The notes under the pieces are model-generated. The model was not told the origin of the DNA, made no database searches, and was given only the letters and a program-made list of their open reading frames with translations. Shown here one piece after another: positions 18,146 through 27,105 of a stretch of DNA of 64,000 nt. This stretch comes from an uncultured Chloroflexia bacterium (lineage in GTDB: Bacteria > Chloroflexota > Limnocylindria > Limnocylindrales > CSP1-4): positions 64,001 through 128,000 of the forward strand of contig CAVRGP010000011.1 in NCBI GenBank assembly GCA_963720755.1, given 5' to 3'. Position 1 is the stretch's first letter; each line of letters starts with the position of its first letter. Made by a program: the position numbers and the translations under genes.

Positions 18146-18892
18146 TCAGTCCGCCGCGCGGCGCGCCACGATATTCAGTCGGACATAGTCGATCATCGGC
18201 TCCGGCAGCCGGCTCGCGACCGCGCGGACGAAGGCGTCGCGCTCGGCCGTGGGCAGTCGGTCGAGGTGAGCGCCGAGGATCACCGTCCGGAGGTAGGCCT
18301 CGAACGGCTCGCCCGGCTCGAACCAGGTCGGCTCATCCTGGAGCCAGCACTCGATGTCCACGAACCCGGCCGCATCGAGCCGACGGGCCGTTTCCATCGG
18401 GCCCTGGAAGTTCGCGTCGCCCAGCCAGCCGTCCCCGACCGTCGCCAGGACGCTCTGGACCGCCGCGATGTTGTCCCCACCACCACATTGGGCGACGAGC
18501 CAGCCACCGGGGCGGACGATGCCGGCCAGGTTGTCGAACAGCGCATCGTGATCGGCGATCCAGTGGAAGGTGGCCGTCGACAGCACGGCGTCCACGGCCA
18601 CGTCGAGTGGGAGCGGCATTCGCAGGTCGGTCTCGATGAACCGGACGCGATCGGCGTAGCGCGCCAGGCGGCCCCGCGCCACGTCGATCATGGCCGGCGA
18701 GGCATCCACGGCGATGACCTGGCCGCGCGGCAACCGTTCCGCCAGCAACTCGGTCACCCGACCGCTCCCGCAACCCGCGTCGAGGACCCGCTCGTCACCG
18801 GCCAGTGGCAGTCGGTCGAGGACGGCCGCGCCCCAGCGCGTTGCCGGGTCGGCGACCCGATCGTAAGCCCGTCCGTCCCAGTCGCGGACCAT
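18146..18892 (-). CDS. SAM-dependent methyltransferase (trans-aconitate methyltransferase-like)
   Basis: VLDAGCGSG, VDAS, STATFHW, DYVRLNI; start MVRDWDG. Confidence 0.88.
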   Translation of the reverse strand: MVRDWDGRAYDRVADPATRWGAAVLDRLPLAGDERVLDAGCGSGRVTELLAERLPRGQVIAVDASPAMIDVARGRLARYADRVRFIETDLRMPLPLDVAVDAVLSTATFHWIADHDALFDNLAGIVRPGGWLVAQCGGGDNIAAVQSVLATVGDGWLGDANFQGPMETARRLDAAGFVDIECWLQDEPTWFEPGEPFEAYLRTVILGAHLDRLPTAERDAFVRAVASRLPEPMIDYVRLNIVARRAAD

Positions 18893-18894
18893 CG

Positions 18895-20481
18895 TCAGTC
18901 GCCTGGCACGGATGGATCGGCGAGCCCAGACGCGGCGACTCGCCGACCCGATGGTTCGCGCAGCCCATACCAGGAGATGAGTGCGCCGATCACCAGCAGG
19001 GCGGCACACACCAGCATGGCCAGGTGGAACGCCTCGATCGAGGCATGATTCGATGCAGCCACCTGGGCGGGCGTTGCGGCCGCACCCGGGGGGTTGAGCG
19101 GCTGGAAGATCTTGCGGACGGCGGGATCGGCCGTATCGATCCCCGTCGATCCTCCGAGTGAGGCGTAGTAGACGGCGCTGATGGGGATGAAGATGAGCGC
19201 ACCGAGCAGCGGCTGGCCCACCCGTGAGATCGAATTGTTGACCGCCGAGCCGATCCCCGAGAAGCGACCGGAGATCGAGCCCATCAGCGCGTTCGTGAGC
19301 GGGGCCACGACCAGCGAGATCCCCAGTCCGAACAGCAGCGTGTACGGCACCACGTCTGTGAACACCGAAACCGGCGGGACGAGGCTGGCCGCGTCCTCGA
19401 GCGAGGCCCGCCAGGGCGCCGAATCGAACGGCAGACGCGTGAACCAGAGCACGCCGGCGGCCATCAGCAGCGGGCCGGCGACCAGGAACGGCCGCGAGCC
19501 GATCCGGCCCGCGAGCGTCCCGACTCGGGTCGACAGCAGCGCCAGCATGAGGCCCGTCGGCAGGCCGACGATGCCGGCCCCGAGGGCCGTGTAGCCGATG
19601 GCGCCCTGGAGAATGACCGCCTGGTAGAAGAACGTGACGTACAGGCCACCGTAGATGAAGAACGTTGCGAGGTTGACCGAGGCGAACACCCGCGATCGGA
19701 AGAGGCCAAGCGGCACGAGTGGGTGCGGCCGGCGAGCCATCAGGATCGGGAAGGCCACCAGCGCGACCACCCCGATCGCGATGGCGATCCATGCGGCCGC
19801 ATCGGCCCAGGCATTGGCTCCACCGCGGATCACCCCGAACGCGAGCCCGCCGACAGCCAGTGCGGCGACGAACGCCCCGAGCCAGTCGAACCGACCGGTC
19901 GCCTCCTCGTCGCGTGACTCCGATACGTGGGTGAGCGTGGCCCACAGGGCGAACGTGAGGAGAGGGACGTTGATCAGGAAGGCGACCCGCCAACCGACCG
20001 TGTCCACGATCGTCCCCCCGATGATCGGCCCGAGCACGAGCAATGCCGAGGTCGCGGCCGCCCACATCCCAAAGGCGCGAGCGCGCTGGACGCCATCGAA
20101 GGCATGGGTGATCAACGCGAGGGAACCGGGGATGAGCAACGCTCCGGCCGCCCCCTGGAACAGGCGGAACACGACCAGGATCTCGAGCGTCGGCGCGAGC
20201 CCGCACAGGGCGGAGGTCAGGCCGAAGCCGATCAGACCGATGGCGTAGACGCGCCGCCTGCCGTAGTAGTCGGATAGCGCCCCGGCCAGGATGAGCAGGG
20301 CGGCCAGCACGGCCAGATAGCCACCGACGATGTAGGCCTGGCCCTCCAGGACGCCGATCATGGAGCCGGGCAGGTCGGTGCCGATGTGTCGGAGGGCGAC
20401 GTTGACGATGGTCCCGTCGAGGAAGACCGCTCCCGAGCCGATGACCGTGCAGATGATCGTCCAGCGTTGGCGTCGGGTCAT
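18895..20481 (-). CDS. MFS transporter (DHA2/EmrB-like)
   Basis: LDGTIVNVAL, GALSDYYGRRR, RLFQGAAGAL, GWRVAFLINVP; about 14 TM. Confidence 0.9.
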   Translation of the reverse strand: MTRRQRWTIICTVIGSGAVFLDGTIVNVALRHIGTDLPGSMIGVLEGQAYIVGGYLAVLAALLILAGALSDYYGRRRVYAIGLIGFGLTSALCGLAPTLEILVVFRLFQGAAGALLIPGSLALITHAFDGVQRARAFGMWAAATSALLVLGPIIGGTIVDTVGWRVAFLINVPLLTFALWATLTHVSESRDEEATGRFDWLGAFVAALAVGGLAFGVIRGGANAWADAAAWIAIAIGVVALVAFPILMARRPHPLVPLGLFRSRVFASVNLATFFIYGGLYVTFFYQAVILQGAIGYTALGAGIVGLPTGLMLALLSTRVGTLAGRIGSRPFLVAGPLLMAAGVLWFTRLPFDSAPWRASLEDAASLVPPVSVFTDVVPYTLLFGLGISLVVAPLTNALMGSISGRFSGIGSAVNNSISRVGQPLLGALIFIPISAVYYASLGGSTGIDTADPAVRKIFQPLNPPGAAATPAQVAASNHASIEAFHLAMLVCAALLVIGALISWYGLREPSGRRVAASGLADPSVPGD

Positions 20482-20576
20482 GCAGGCTCCGGCGGGGCGC
20501 TCGAGAGCGCGATGGTGTCCCGGGGCAGTTTCGCAGCGACGACGGGGTTCGGGCAAGGGACCGCTAGACTCGACCG

Positions 20577-21284
20577 ATGCCTGGACCCGTGGCGCTCGTC
20601 GGCGCCGGTGAGTTCCTCCCTGCGATGCTCGGTTTCGACGATTCGCTGCTCAGGTCGAGCGGCCGGACCAGACCGCGGGTTGTCATCCTGCCGACCGCGT
20701 CGTACCCGGATGGCCCGTCCGTGTTCGCGGACTGGGCGGCCCGCGGTGTCGCCCACTTCAGCCAGCTTGGTGCCGAAGTCGAGCCGGTCCTGGTTCGCGA
20801 TCGCCTGGGAGCCGACGACCCGGCGGCCGCGCAGGCCATCGGCGAGGCCGATCTCGTCTACCTCTCCGGTGGGAAGCCGTCGTACCTGCTGGACTCCCTG
20901 CTCGGGAGCGCGGTCGCGGCGGCCCTCGTCGATGCGCATGCGAGAGGCGCGATCCTGGTCGGTTGCTCGGCCGGCGCGATGGCGCTCGCCGCCCGGACGT
21001 TCGAACTCCGGGCCGGCGCTGCCCCGTGGCCACTTCGCTGGCGCGATGGTCTCGGGTTCGTGCCGGGCATGTCGGTCGTGCCCCATTACGACGCCTGGCC
21101 GGAGGCGTTGTCTGCGCTCATCGCGCTCCAGGCGCCTCGGGCGTCGGTCGTGCTCGGGATCGACGAGGAGACGGCCGTCGTCGGGCGGGACGGGGCGTGG
21201 CAGGTATACGGCCGGTCGAGGGTCACGGTCTGGCGCGGGCGGCGGCGCGATCGCTACCGGGCCGGCGAGACCTTTCGGCTGTGA
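20577..21284 (+). CDS. Peptidase S51 / cyanophycinase-like (class I GATase fold)
   Basis: ALVGAGE, ILPTAS, YLSGG, GCSAGA, PHYD, GIDEET. Confidence 0.85.
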   Translation: MPGPVALVGAGEFLPAMLGFDDSLLRSSGRTRPRVVILPTASYPDGPSVFADWAARGVAHFSQLGAEVEPVLVRDRLGADDPAAAQAIGEADLVYLSGGKPSYLLDSLLGSAVAAALVDAHARGAILVGCSAGAMALAARTFELRAGAAPWPLRWRDGLGFVPGMSVVPHYDAWPEALSALIALQAPRASVVLGIDEETAVVGRDGAWQVYGRSRVTVWRGRRRDRYRAGETFRL

Positions 21285-21294
21285 GCCGTGCCGG

Positions 21295-21633
21295 TCAGTC
21301 GGGTCGGACGGTCCGGAAGCAGTCCGAGCAGTACACCGGACGATCCATCCGCGGCTTGAACGGGACCTGGGCCTGGTTGCCGCACGACGAGCAGACGACG
21401 GCGAAGTACTCGCGACTCGCCCGGTCGTCGCCGCGCTCGTAGCCGCGTGGGCCGCCGATCTCGCGCGCGTCGTAGCCGCCATCCCGGCTCGCTCGGCGGC
21501 TGGCACGGCAACTGGTGCATCGCTTCGGGTCGCTGACGAAACCCTTCTGCTGGTAGTACTCCTGATCGGCCGCGGAGTGGATGAATTCCACCCCGCAATC
21601 GACACAGTTCAGGGTCCGATCGACGTAGGTCAC
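21295..21633 (-). CDS. Zinc-ribbon protein (zf-trcl + CxxC-x17-CxxC)
   Basis: DRTLNCVDCG..F....DQEYYQQKGF..PKRC..C; CSSCG...VPFKP...RPVYCSDC; GGAGG SD before GTG. Confidence 0.9.
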   Translation of the reverse strand: MTYVDRTLNCVDCGVEFIHSAADQEYYQQKGFVSDPKRCTSCRASRRASRDGGYDAREIGGPRGYERGDDRASREYFAVVCSSCGNQAQVPFKPRMDRPVYCSDCFRTVRPD

Positions 21634-21967
21634 GATGCTCCTCCGAGGGGCAATACAGGTCAGGGGTGTGCCAGTCGCGGGGCGGCCGCATCAGCAGTCG
21701 GGACGTGCAGGTCTGGCGGAGTTGGCCGGGACACGCGCCCAGGTGCCGATGTTGGGTCCCTGTCGCTCGGGGCGCACCGGTTCGATGACCGCGAGGATAC
21801 ATCGACTCGGCGAAATGGGCTGTCGAAGCATCGTCTGCCCGCGGCTGCAGCCGTGACACCGTACCTGTCACAATGTCGACGGACCTTTGCTTCGGCGAGC
21901 GGGGAGTCATGGGGGCGCCTCGCTCGCACCGTTCGCCTCGGGCCGCGAGGAGGGACCCCGCCACCTG

Positions 21968-23134
21968 ATGCTCAGGATCATCCATACGGCCGATGTCCAC
22001 CTCGGGGCGCGTCATGACGACCTCGGCGAGCAGGCGGCCGCCCAACGGGAACGCCAGTTCGCCGCATTCCAGGCCGCGGTGGACCTCGCCATCACGGAGC
22101 GGGTCGACCTCTTCCTGGTCGCGGGCGACCTGTTCGACTCGAACGTCCAGCCGCGCCGCTCGGTCGAACGCGTCGCCGCCGAGCTCAAGCGTCTGGCCGA
22201 CGTTCGGATCCGATCCGTGATCATCCCGGGCACCCATGACGTCTACGATCGGGCATCCATCTACCGCGCCTACGACCTGCCCGCGATGGCTGGGCTCGGC
22301 CAGGACTCGGACCTGATCACCGTCCTTCACCCGGATCGGTCGTCGGTCCATCTCGCGTCGCTCGACGCGGTGGTGATCGGCAAGGTCTTCGCGACCAAGC
22401 GCGCGCCAGCCAGTCCGCTCCTCGGCATCGGCGCCCTCGCGGATCAGCCCGCAACCTGGCGGATCGGGATGGTCCACGGCTCGATCTCGATCCCGGGCAA
22501 GACGGATCGCGACGAGGTCGTGATCACATCCGAAGAGATCGCCGCAAGCGGGTTCGACTATCTCGCCCTCGGGCACTGGCATTCCGCCCAGGTCGGCAAG
22601 CTCGGGTCCGTGACCTATGCCTACGCGGGCGCGCCGGAAGCGGTCGCCCTGGACCAGGATCGCGCCGGCAAGGTCCTGCTCGTCGAGCTCGAGGAGCGGG
22701 ACGGGCAGCGGTCCGTGACCGTCGAGGAACGGCAGGTGGGCCGGACGAGGTTCCTCAAGCAGGAGATCGATGCCGCCGCCATCGCCAGCCAGCCGGCCCT
22801 GATCACCCTGCTGGCTGCCCACGCGAGCGAGGATCTGGTCCTGGACGCCCGACTCGTCGGCGTTCGGCCGGACGACCTGGACCTGGATCTCACCGAGGTC
22901 GAGGCCGCCCTCGTGACCTCGTTCCTCAAGGTTCGGGTCCGCGACGCATCCGTCCCGGCCCTGACCGAGGGTCCGTTGCCGTCCGAGGACACGATCGCCG
23001 GTGCGTTCATCCGCGACCTCGAAGCACGGATCAAGGCCCTCGAGGCCTCCGGATCCACGGCGGAGGCCGCCGAAGATCGCGACGCTCTGCGCCTTGGGCG
23101 GCTGCTCCTCGCCGGTCACGAGGTGTCCCTGTGA
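21968..23134 (+). CDS. SbcD/Mre11-family metallophosphoesterase (DNA repair exonuclease)
   Basis: HTADVHLG, AGDLFD, PGTHD, HG, YLALGHWH, YAGAPE. Confidence 0.9.
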   Translation: MLRIIHTADVHLGARHDDLGEQAAAQRERQFAAFQAAVDLAITERVDLFLVAGDLFDSNVQPRRSVERVAAELKRLADVRIRSVIIPGTHDVYDRASIYRAYDLPAMAGLGQDSDLITVLHPDRSSVHLASLDAVVIGKVFATKRAPASPLLGIGALADQPATWRIGMVHGSISIPGKTDRDEVVITSEEIAASGFDYLALGHWHSAQVGKLGSVTYAYAGAPEAVALDQDRAGKVLLVELEERDGQRSVTVEERQVGRTRFLKQEIDAAAIASQPALITLLAAHASEDLVLDARLVGVRPDDLDLDLTEVEAALVTSFLKVRVRDASVPALTEGPLPSEDTIAGAFIRDLEARIKALEASGSTAEAAEDRDALRLGRLLLAGHEVSL

Positions 23135-25323
23135 GGGTCAGGCGGATCAGCGGTGAGCAGTTCCGTCGATACCCGACATTCGATATCGAACTCGCTCCGG
23201 GGCTGACGGTCGTCCGCGGCCCCAACGAGGCGGGCAAGACGACGATCCAGCGAGCGCTCGAGCTTGCCCTGACCCGGCGCGCGACGAGCACAGCCGCTGA
23301 ACTCGAGGCGCTTCGCCCGTGGGGAGCACCGGCAGATGTCCGCTCCACCATCACGGTCGAGTTCGAGCAGGACGATGAGGATGGCCGCAAGTCCGGGACG
23401 CTCGAGAAGACGTTTGCCGGGGCCCGTGGCACGGTCCGGCTCGATTACGACGGTCAGTCGATCACCGATCCTGCGTTGGCCGATCAGGTCCTCGCGGAGT
23501 TGACCGGCATCCCGACCGAGGGGTTCTTCCGGTCCACGGCGTCGGTCCACCACTTCGAACTGAGTGACCTGTCACGCGACGAGGGTGCGCTGCGCGATCG
23601 TCTCCAGTCATCCATCAGCGGGGCGGACCGGGGGACGAGCCGGGCGCGCAAGAAGCTGGACAAGGCACTCCACGACCTGACCACCAAGGGCGAGCGGAAT
23701 CCCGGCCGCCTCAAGGTCGCAGAGCAGGCGGTCGAGCAGGCTCAGGCAGCCCTGGACCAGGGCGAGCTGGCGCTTGCCCAGCTCGAACGCGACCGGGATG
23801 CGGCGTCGTCGGCGCGCGACCGCCGGACGGAAGTGGAGCTCGCGCTCGCGGAGCGACGCAGCCTGCTGGAGAAGGCTCGTCAGGCTGAGCGTCTGGTGGC
23901 CGAACGCACGGCTGCGAGCGAGCGCTACGAACGCTACCGCCAGGCGGTCGAGGTCGCGGCGGAGCTGGATACGCTCGCCGGTGCGCACCCATCGCCCAAT
24001 CCACTCCCGGTCGTCCGGGCAACGGTGGAGCGCCTGCGCGTGCTCGACGGCCGCGCCCGTGAGCTGCGCGCCGCGTTGGCCGGTGAGGTCGAGGTCTCGT
24101 TCGATGTCGAACCCGAACCGACCTGGCGCCCGTTGTCACGCGTCTCGATCGCGATGGTGGTCATCGGGATCCTCCTTGCGGCCGGTCCGGTCATCCTGAG
24201 TCTCCTGGGGATCACGGGCCAGGTCGTGGTCGTCCAGGCGATCGGCGCCGTCGTCGCGCTGGTCGGCGTGGCCGTCGCCGCTGTTGCCCTGTGGCTGCGT
24301 CGCAGCGACAAGATGCATGCCCAGCTGCGCGACGTGGAGATCGATCGGCGCCTTCGCGGGCGGTCCGAGATCGAGGCGGAACTCCGGGACGTCGAGGCGA
24401 AGACCGCCGGCCAGCTCGGGTCGCTCGGTCTGGCCGACCTCGCCGAGGCCGAGGATCTGCTGGCCCGTGAAGAGGCGCACGTCGCCAAGATCGACCGCCT
24501 GTCGGCGCAACTCGAGGGCCTGGTCGGAAAGGAACCGAGCGAGACGCTGGCTCCCCAACGGGACGCGGCCGCGCTCGAGATCGAGCAGAAGACCAGCGCC
24601 ATCGAGGCGCTCGGACCGATCGCCAAGGAGCCACGGGCGCGGGAGCGGCTCGAGGTGGAGGTCCGCGATCAGGAGGGAGCCCTCGAGAGGGCACGCGACG
24701 ATGAGGCCAACGCGCGCGCCCGGGTCGAGGCCAACGCCGTCGATGCCGAACAGGTCGCCGGACAGGCCGAGCGCCTGGCCGCGTGGCGTGAGCAACTGGC
24801 CGGTGCGCAGCGTCGCCAGCGGGTGTACGCGACCACGCTGGCGGCGATCGATGCCGCGGAGCAGGCCACGATGAAGACCGCCACCAGGTATCTCGAGGCG
24901 CACATGGTCCGCGACCTGGCCGCCGTGACCGGCGGCCGCTACCGTCGAGTGCGGGTCGACGACAAGACGCTGGACATCGAGGTTCGGGCGCCAGAGAAGG
25001 GCGACTGGGTGTCAGTGACGTCCCTGAGCCAGGGGACGCTCGACCTGGTCTACCTCGTCGCTCGGCTCGGCCTGGTCAGGCTCGTCACCGGCGATCGTCG
25101 ACCGCCGCTCGTGTTCGACGATCCGTTCGTGACCCTTGACGACGAGCGGGCGGCTCGGGCCCTCGGCCTGCTCCGGTCGGTCGCGGCCGACTTCCAGGTC
25201 ATCTACCTGACGACTTCGCCGCGCTACGACAAGGCAGCGGACGCCGTCGTCGTCCTCGAGGGACCGACCAGTGTCGATCCGGGTGCCGAGGCCGACGCGG
25301 CACCGCCCTCGAGATCCGCCTGA
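23131..25323 (+). CDS. SMC/Rad50-like AAA ATPase (YhaN-like) with central TM hairpin
   Basis: Walker A GPNEAGKTT; coiled coil; two hydrophobic helices; signature LSQGT; Walker B VFDDPFVTLD. Confidence 0.88.
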   Translation: MRVRRISGEQFRRYPTFDIELAPGLTVVRGPNEAGKTTIQRALELALTRRATSTAAELEALRPWGAPADVRSTITVEFEQDDEDGRKSGTLEKTFAGARGTVRLDYDGQSITDPALADQVLAELTGIPTEGFFRSTASVHHFELSDLSRDEGALRDRLQSSISGADRGTSRARKKLDKALHDLTTKGERNPGRLKVAEQAVEQAQAALDQGELALAQLERDRDAASSARDRRTEVELALAERRSLLEKARQAERLVAERTAASERYERYRQAVEVAAELDTLAGAHPSPNPLPVVRATVERLRVLDGRARELRAALAGEVEVSFDVEPEPTWRPLSRVSIAMVVIGILLAAGPVILSLLGITGQVVVVQAIGAVVALVGVAVAAVALWLRRSDKMHAQLRDVEIDRRLRGRSEIEAELRDVEAKTAGQLGSLGLADLAEAEDLLAREEAHVAKIDRLSAQLEGLVGKEPSETLAPQRDAAALEIEQKTSAIEALGPIAKEPRARERLEVEVRDQEGALERARDDEANARARVEANAVDAEQVAGQAERLAAWREQLAGAQRRQRVYATTLAAIDAAEQATMKTATRYLEAHMVRDLAAVTGGRYRRVRVDDKTLDIEVRAPEKGDWVSVTSLSQGTLDLVYLVARLGLVRLVTGDRRPPLVFDDPFVTLDDERAARALGLLRSVAADFQVIYLTTSPRYDKAADAVVVLEGPTSVDPGAEADAAPPSRSA

Positions 25324-26198
25324 ACGAGGTCGACCCGACCCAGACGGCAACGGTCGTCTTCGGGCTCGCCGCGGCCGTCGCCTGGGGTGGCGGCGATTTC
25401 GGGGGCGGGCTCCTGAGCCGGCGCACGGCGCTGTTCGGCGTCGTCCTTGTATCCCAGCTGGCCGGTCTGGTCGTGGCCGCCGTGCTCGCCGTCGTCACGG
25501 CCGAATCCGCGATGTCGACCGCGGACCTCGCCTGGTGTCTTCTCGGAGGGATCGCCGGCGGGATCGGCGTCACCGCCCTCTATCGAGGGCTCGCCGAGGG
25601 GCGGATGGCGGTGATGGCGCCGTTGACCGCCGTGATCGCCGCCTCGATCCCGGTGACGGTCGGGATCCTGACCGAAGGCGTCCCGCCGGCGTTGGTGGTC
25701 GCGGGCATGATCATCGCGTTCATCGCCGTCATCCTCGTTTCGAGCGTCGACGTCTCGAGCGTCGACGACCGGTCGGCGGGCCTCTATGGCCTGAGGTTCG
25801 CGCTCATTGCCGGCATCGGGATCGGGACGTTCGGCGTCTGTCTGGCCCAGGTGAGCCATGGCCACATCTTCGGTCCGCTCGTCCTCATGCGCGCCATCCA
25901 GGTCGTTCTCATCGCCGCCGTCGCGCTCGCCACTCGGGCGGCCTGGCGACCGGCCCGGAAACTCGTGCCGGCCATCGTCGCCGTCGGGGTCCTGGACCTG
26001 GCGGGCAACGGTGCCTACTTCTTCGCCATCCAGGCCGGCTCGCTCGCGATCGCGACCGTGGTGTCGTCGCTGTACCCGGTGACCACGGTGATCCTCGCCA
26101 CGGTGCTGCTGCACGAGCGGGTGTCGCGTGCGCATGCTGTCGGGATCGCGCTTGCCGTCGTGGCGCTGGTCGCGATCGCGGCTGGAGCGACCGGCTGA
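25320..26198 (+). CDS. EamA/DMT transporter, probable CUG start
   Basis: Conserved N-terminal GLAAAVAWGGGDFGGG lies upstream of the first canonical start (25473); in-frame CTG 25320 overlaps the upstream TGA; SSLYPVTT...LHER. Confidence 0.82.
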   Translation: MNEVDPTQTATVVFGLAAAVAWGGGDFGGGLLSRRTALFGVVLVSQLAGLVVAAVLAVVTAESAMSTADLAWCLLGGIAGGIGVTALYRGLAEGRMAVMAPLTAVIAASIPVTVGILTEGVPPALVVAGMIIAFIAVILVSSVDVSSVDDRSAGLYGLRFALIAGIGIGTFGVCLAQVSHGHIFGPLVLMRAIQVVLIAAVALATRAAWRPARKLVPAIVAVGVLDLAGNGAYFFAIQAGSLAIATVVSSLYPVTTVILATVLLHERVSRAHAVGIALAVVALVAIAAGATG

Positions 26199-26235
26199 AG
26201 GGACGGCGGTCCTGACGAGTAGACTCCAGGGCACC

Positions 26236-26544
26236 ATGACCGACGTGACGATCGAACCCACCTGGCTGATCGAGGCGACCTACGCCCCCGACGGAGCCGA
26301 AACGCGAGGCCCCTTCCGCGCCCGCCACATCGCCCGGCTGGTCGATCTCAAGCGAGCCGGCGTGCTCGTCGAAGTGGGGGCCTTCAGCGACGTGTCGGCG
26401 TCGATCCTGATCGTCCGCGCAGCTGATGAAGCCGCGGCGCTCGACATCGCCCGCGAGGACATCTACATGGCGAATGGCGTCTGGGTCGAGGTCCGGGCAC
26501 GCCCGTTCGGGCGGATCGTCACGAACGATGGCGGTGGATCCTGA
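26236..26544 (+). CDS. YciI-family protein
   Basis: RGPFRARHIARL, G..VEVGAF, EDIYMANGVW. Confidence 0.75.
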   Translation: MTDVTIEPTWLIEATYAPDGAETRGPFRARHIARLVDLKRAGVLVEVGAFSDVSASILIVRAADEAAALDIAREDIYMANGVWVEVRARPFGRIVTNDGGGS

Positions 26545-27049
26545 TCCTGGACAGTTCGGCTGGGTCGCGCAGCACGATGACGTCGGCGAACCCTTCGTTG
26601 GCAAGTGTCGAGCCTTCGAGTGACGCCCTGAGCTGATCCAGATGTCGACGGACCACGACCGGATCGACGACCCGTGGTCGACCGAGGTTCTGCGCCAGGA
26701 CCACTGCCTCGGGTGGATCGATGACCAATGCGATCGTCGGCAGCTCGGCGTCATCCGCCAGAGCGAGGAGCGCCCGCCGAGCGCGCGCCTGGACGTTGGT
26801 CGCGTCGATCACGGTCAGTCGCCGGGCCGCCAATCGGCCGGCCACAGCTCGGTGAAGGCGTTGGAATGCGGCGCGTGTCGCCGACTGATCCGCTTCGTCG
26901 CCGGACACGATCGACCGGAACCGGTCGGACGACAGGACCTCGTCCGATGCGAAGTGCCCGGCGGCGAACGTGGACTTGCCGGCACCAGCCGCCCCGATCA
27001 GGACGATCAGGCTCGGGTCGGGTACGACGATCTCGCGTCCGTGATCCAT
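26519..27049 (-). CDS. AAA_33 P-loop kinase (stand-alone polynucleotide-kinase-like domain)
   Basis: LIVLIGAAGAGKSTFA, SSDRFR, RRLTVIDATN, EGF. Confidence 0.85.
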   Translation of the reverse strand: MDHGREIVVPDPSLIVLIGAAGAGKSTFAAGHFASDEVLSSDRFRSIVSGDEADQSATRAAFQRLHRAVAGRLAARRLTVIDATNVQARARRALLALADDAELPTIALVIDPPEAVVLAQNLGRPRVVDPVVVRRHLDQLRASLEGSTLANEGFADVIVLRDPAELSRIRIHRHRS

Positions 27050-27105
27050 CGGGCGATGATGCCCCAGGCGACGTCCGCGAGTCGCCGGCGTGCGAACCAT
27101 GGTCG

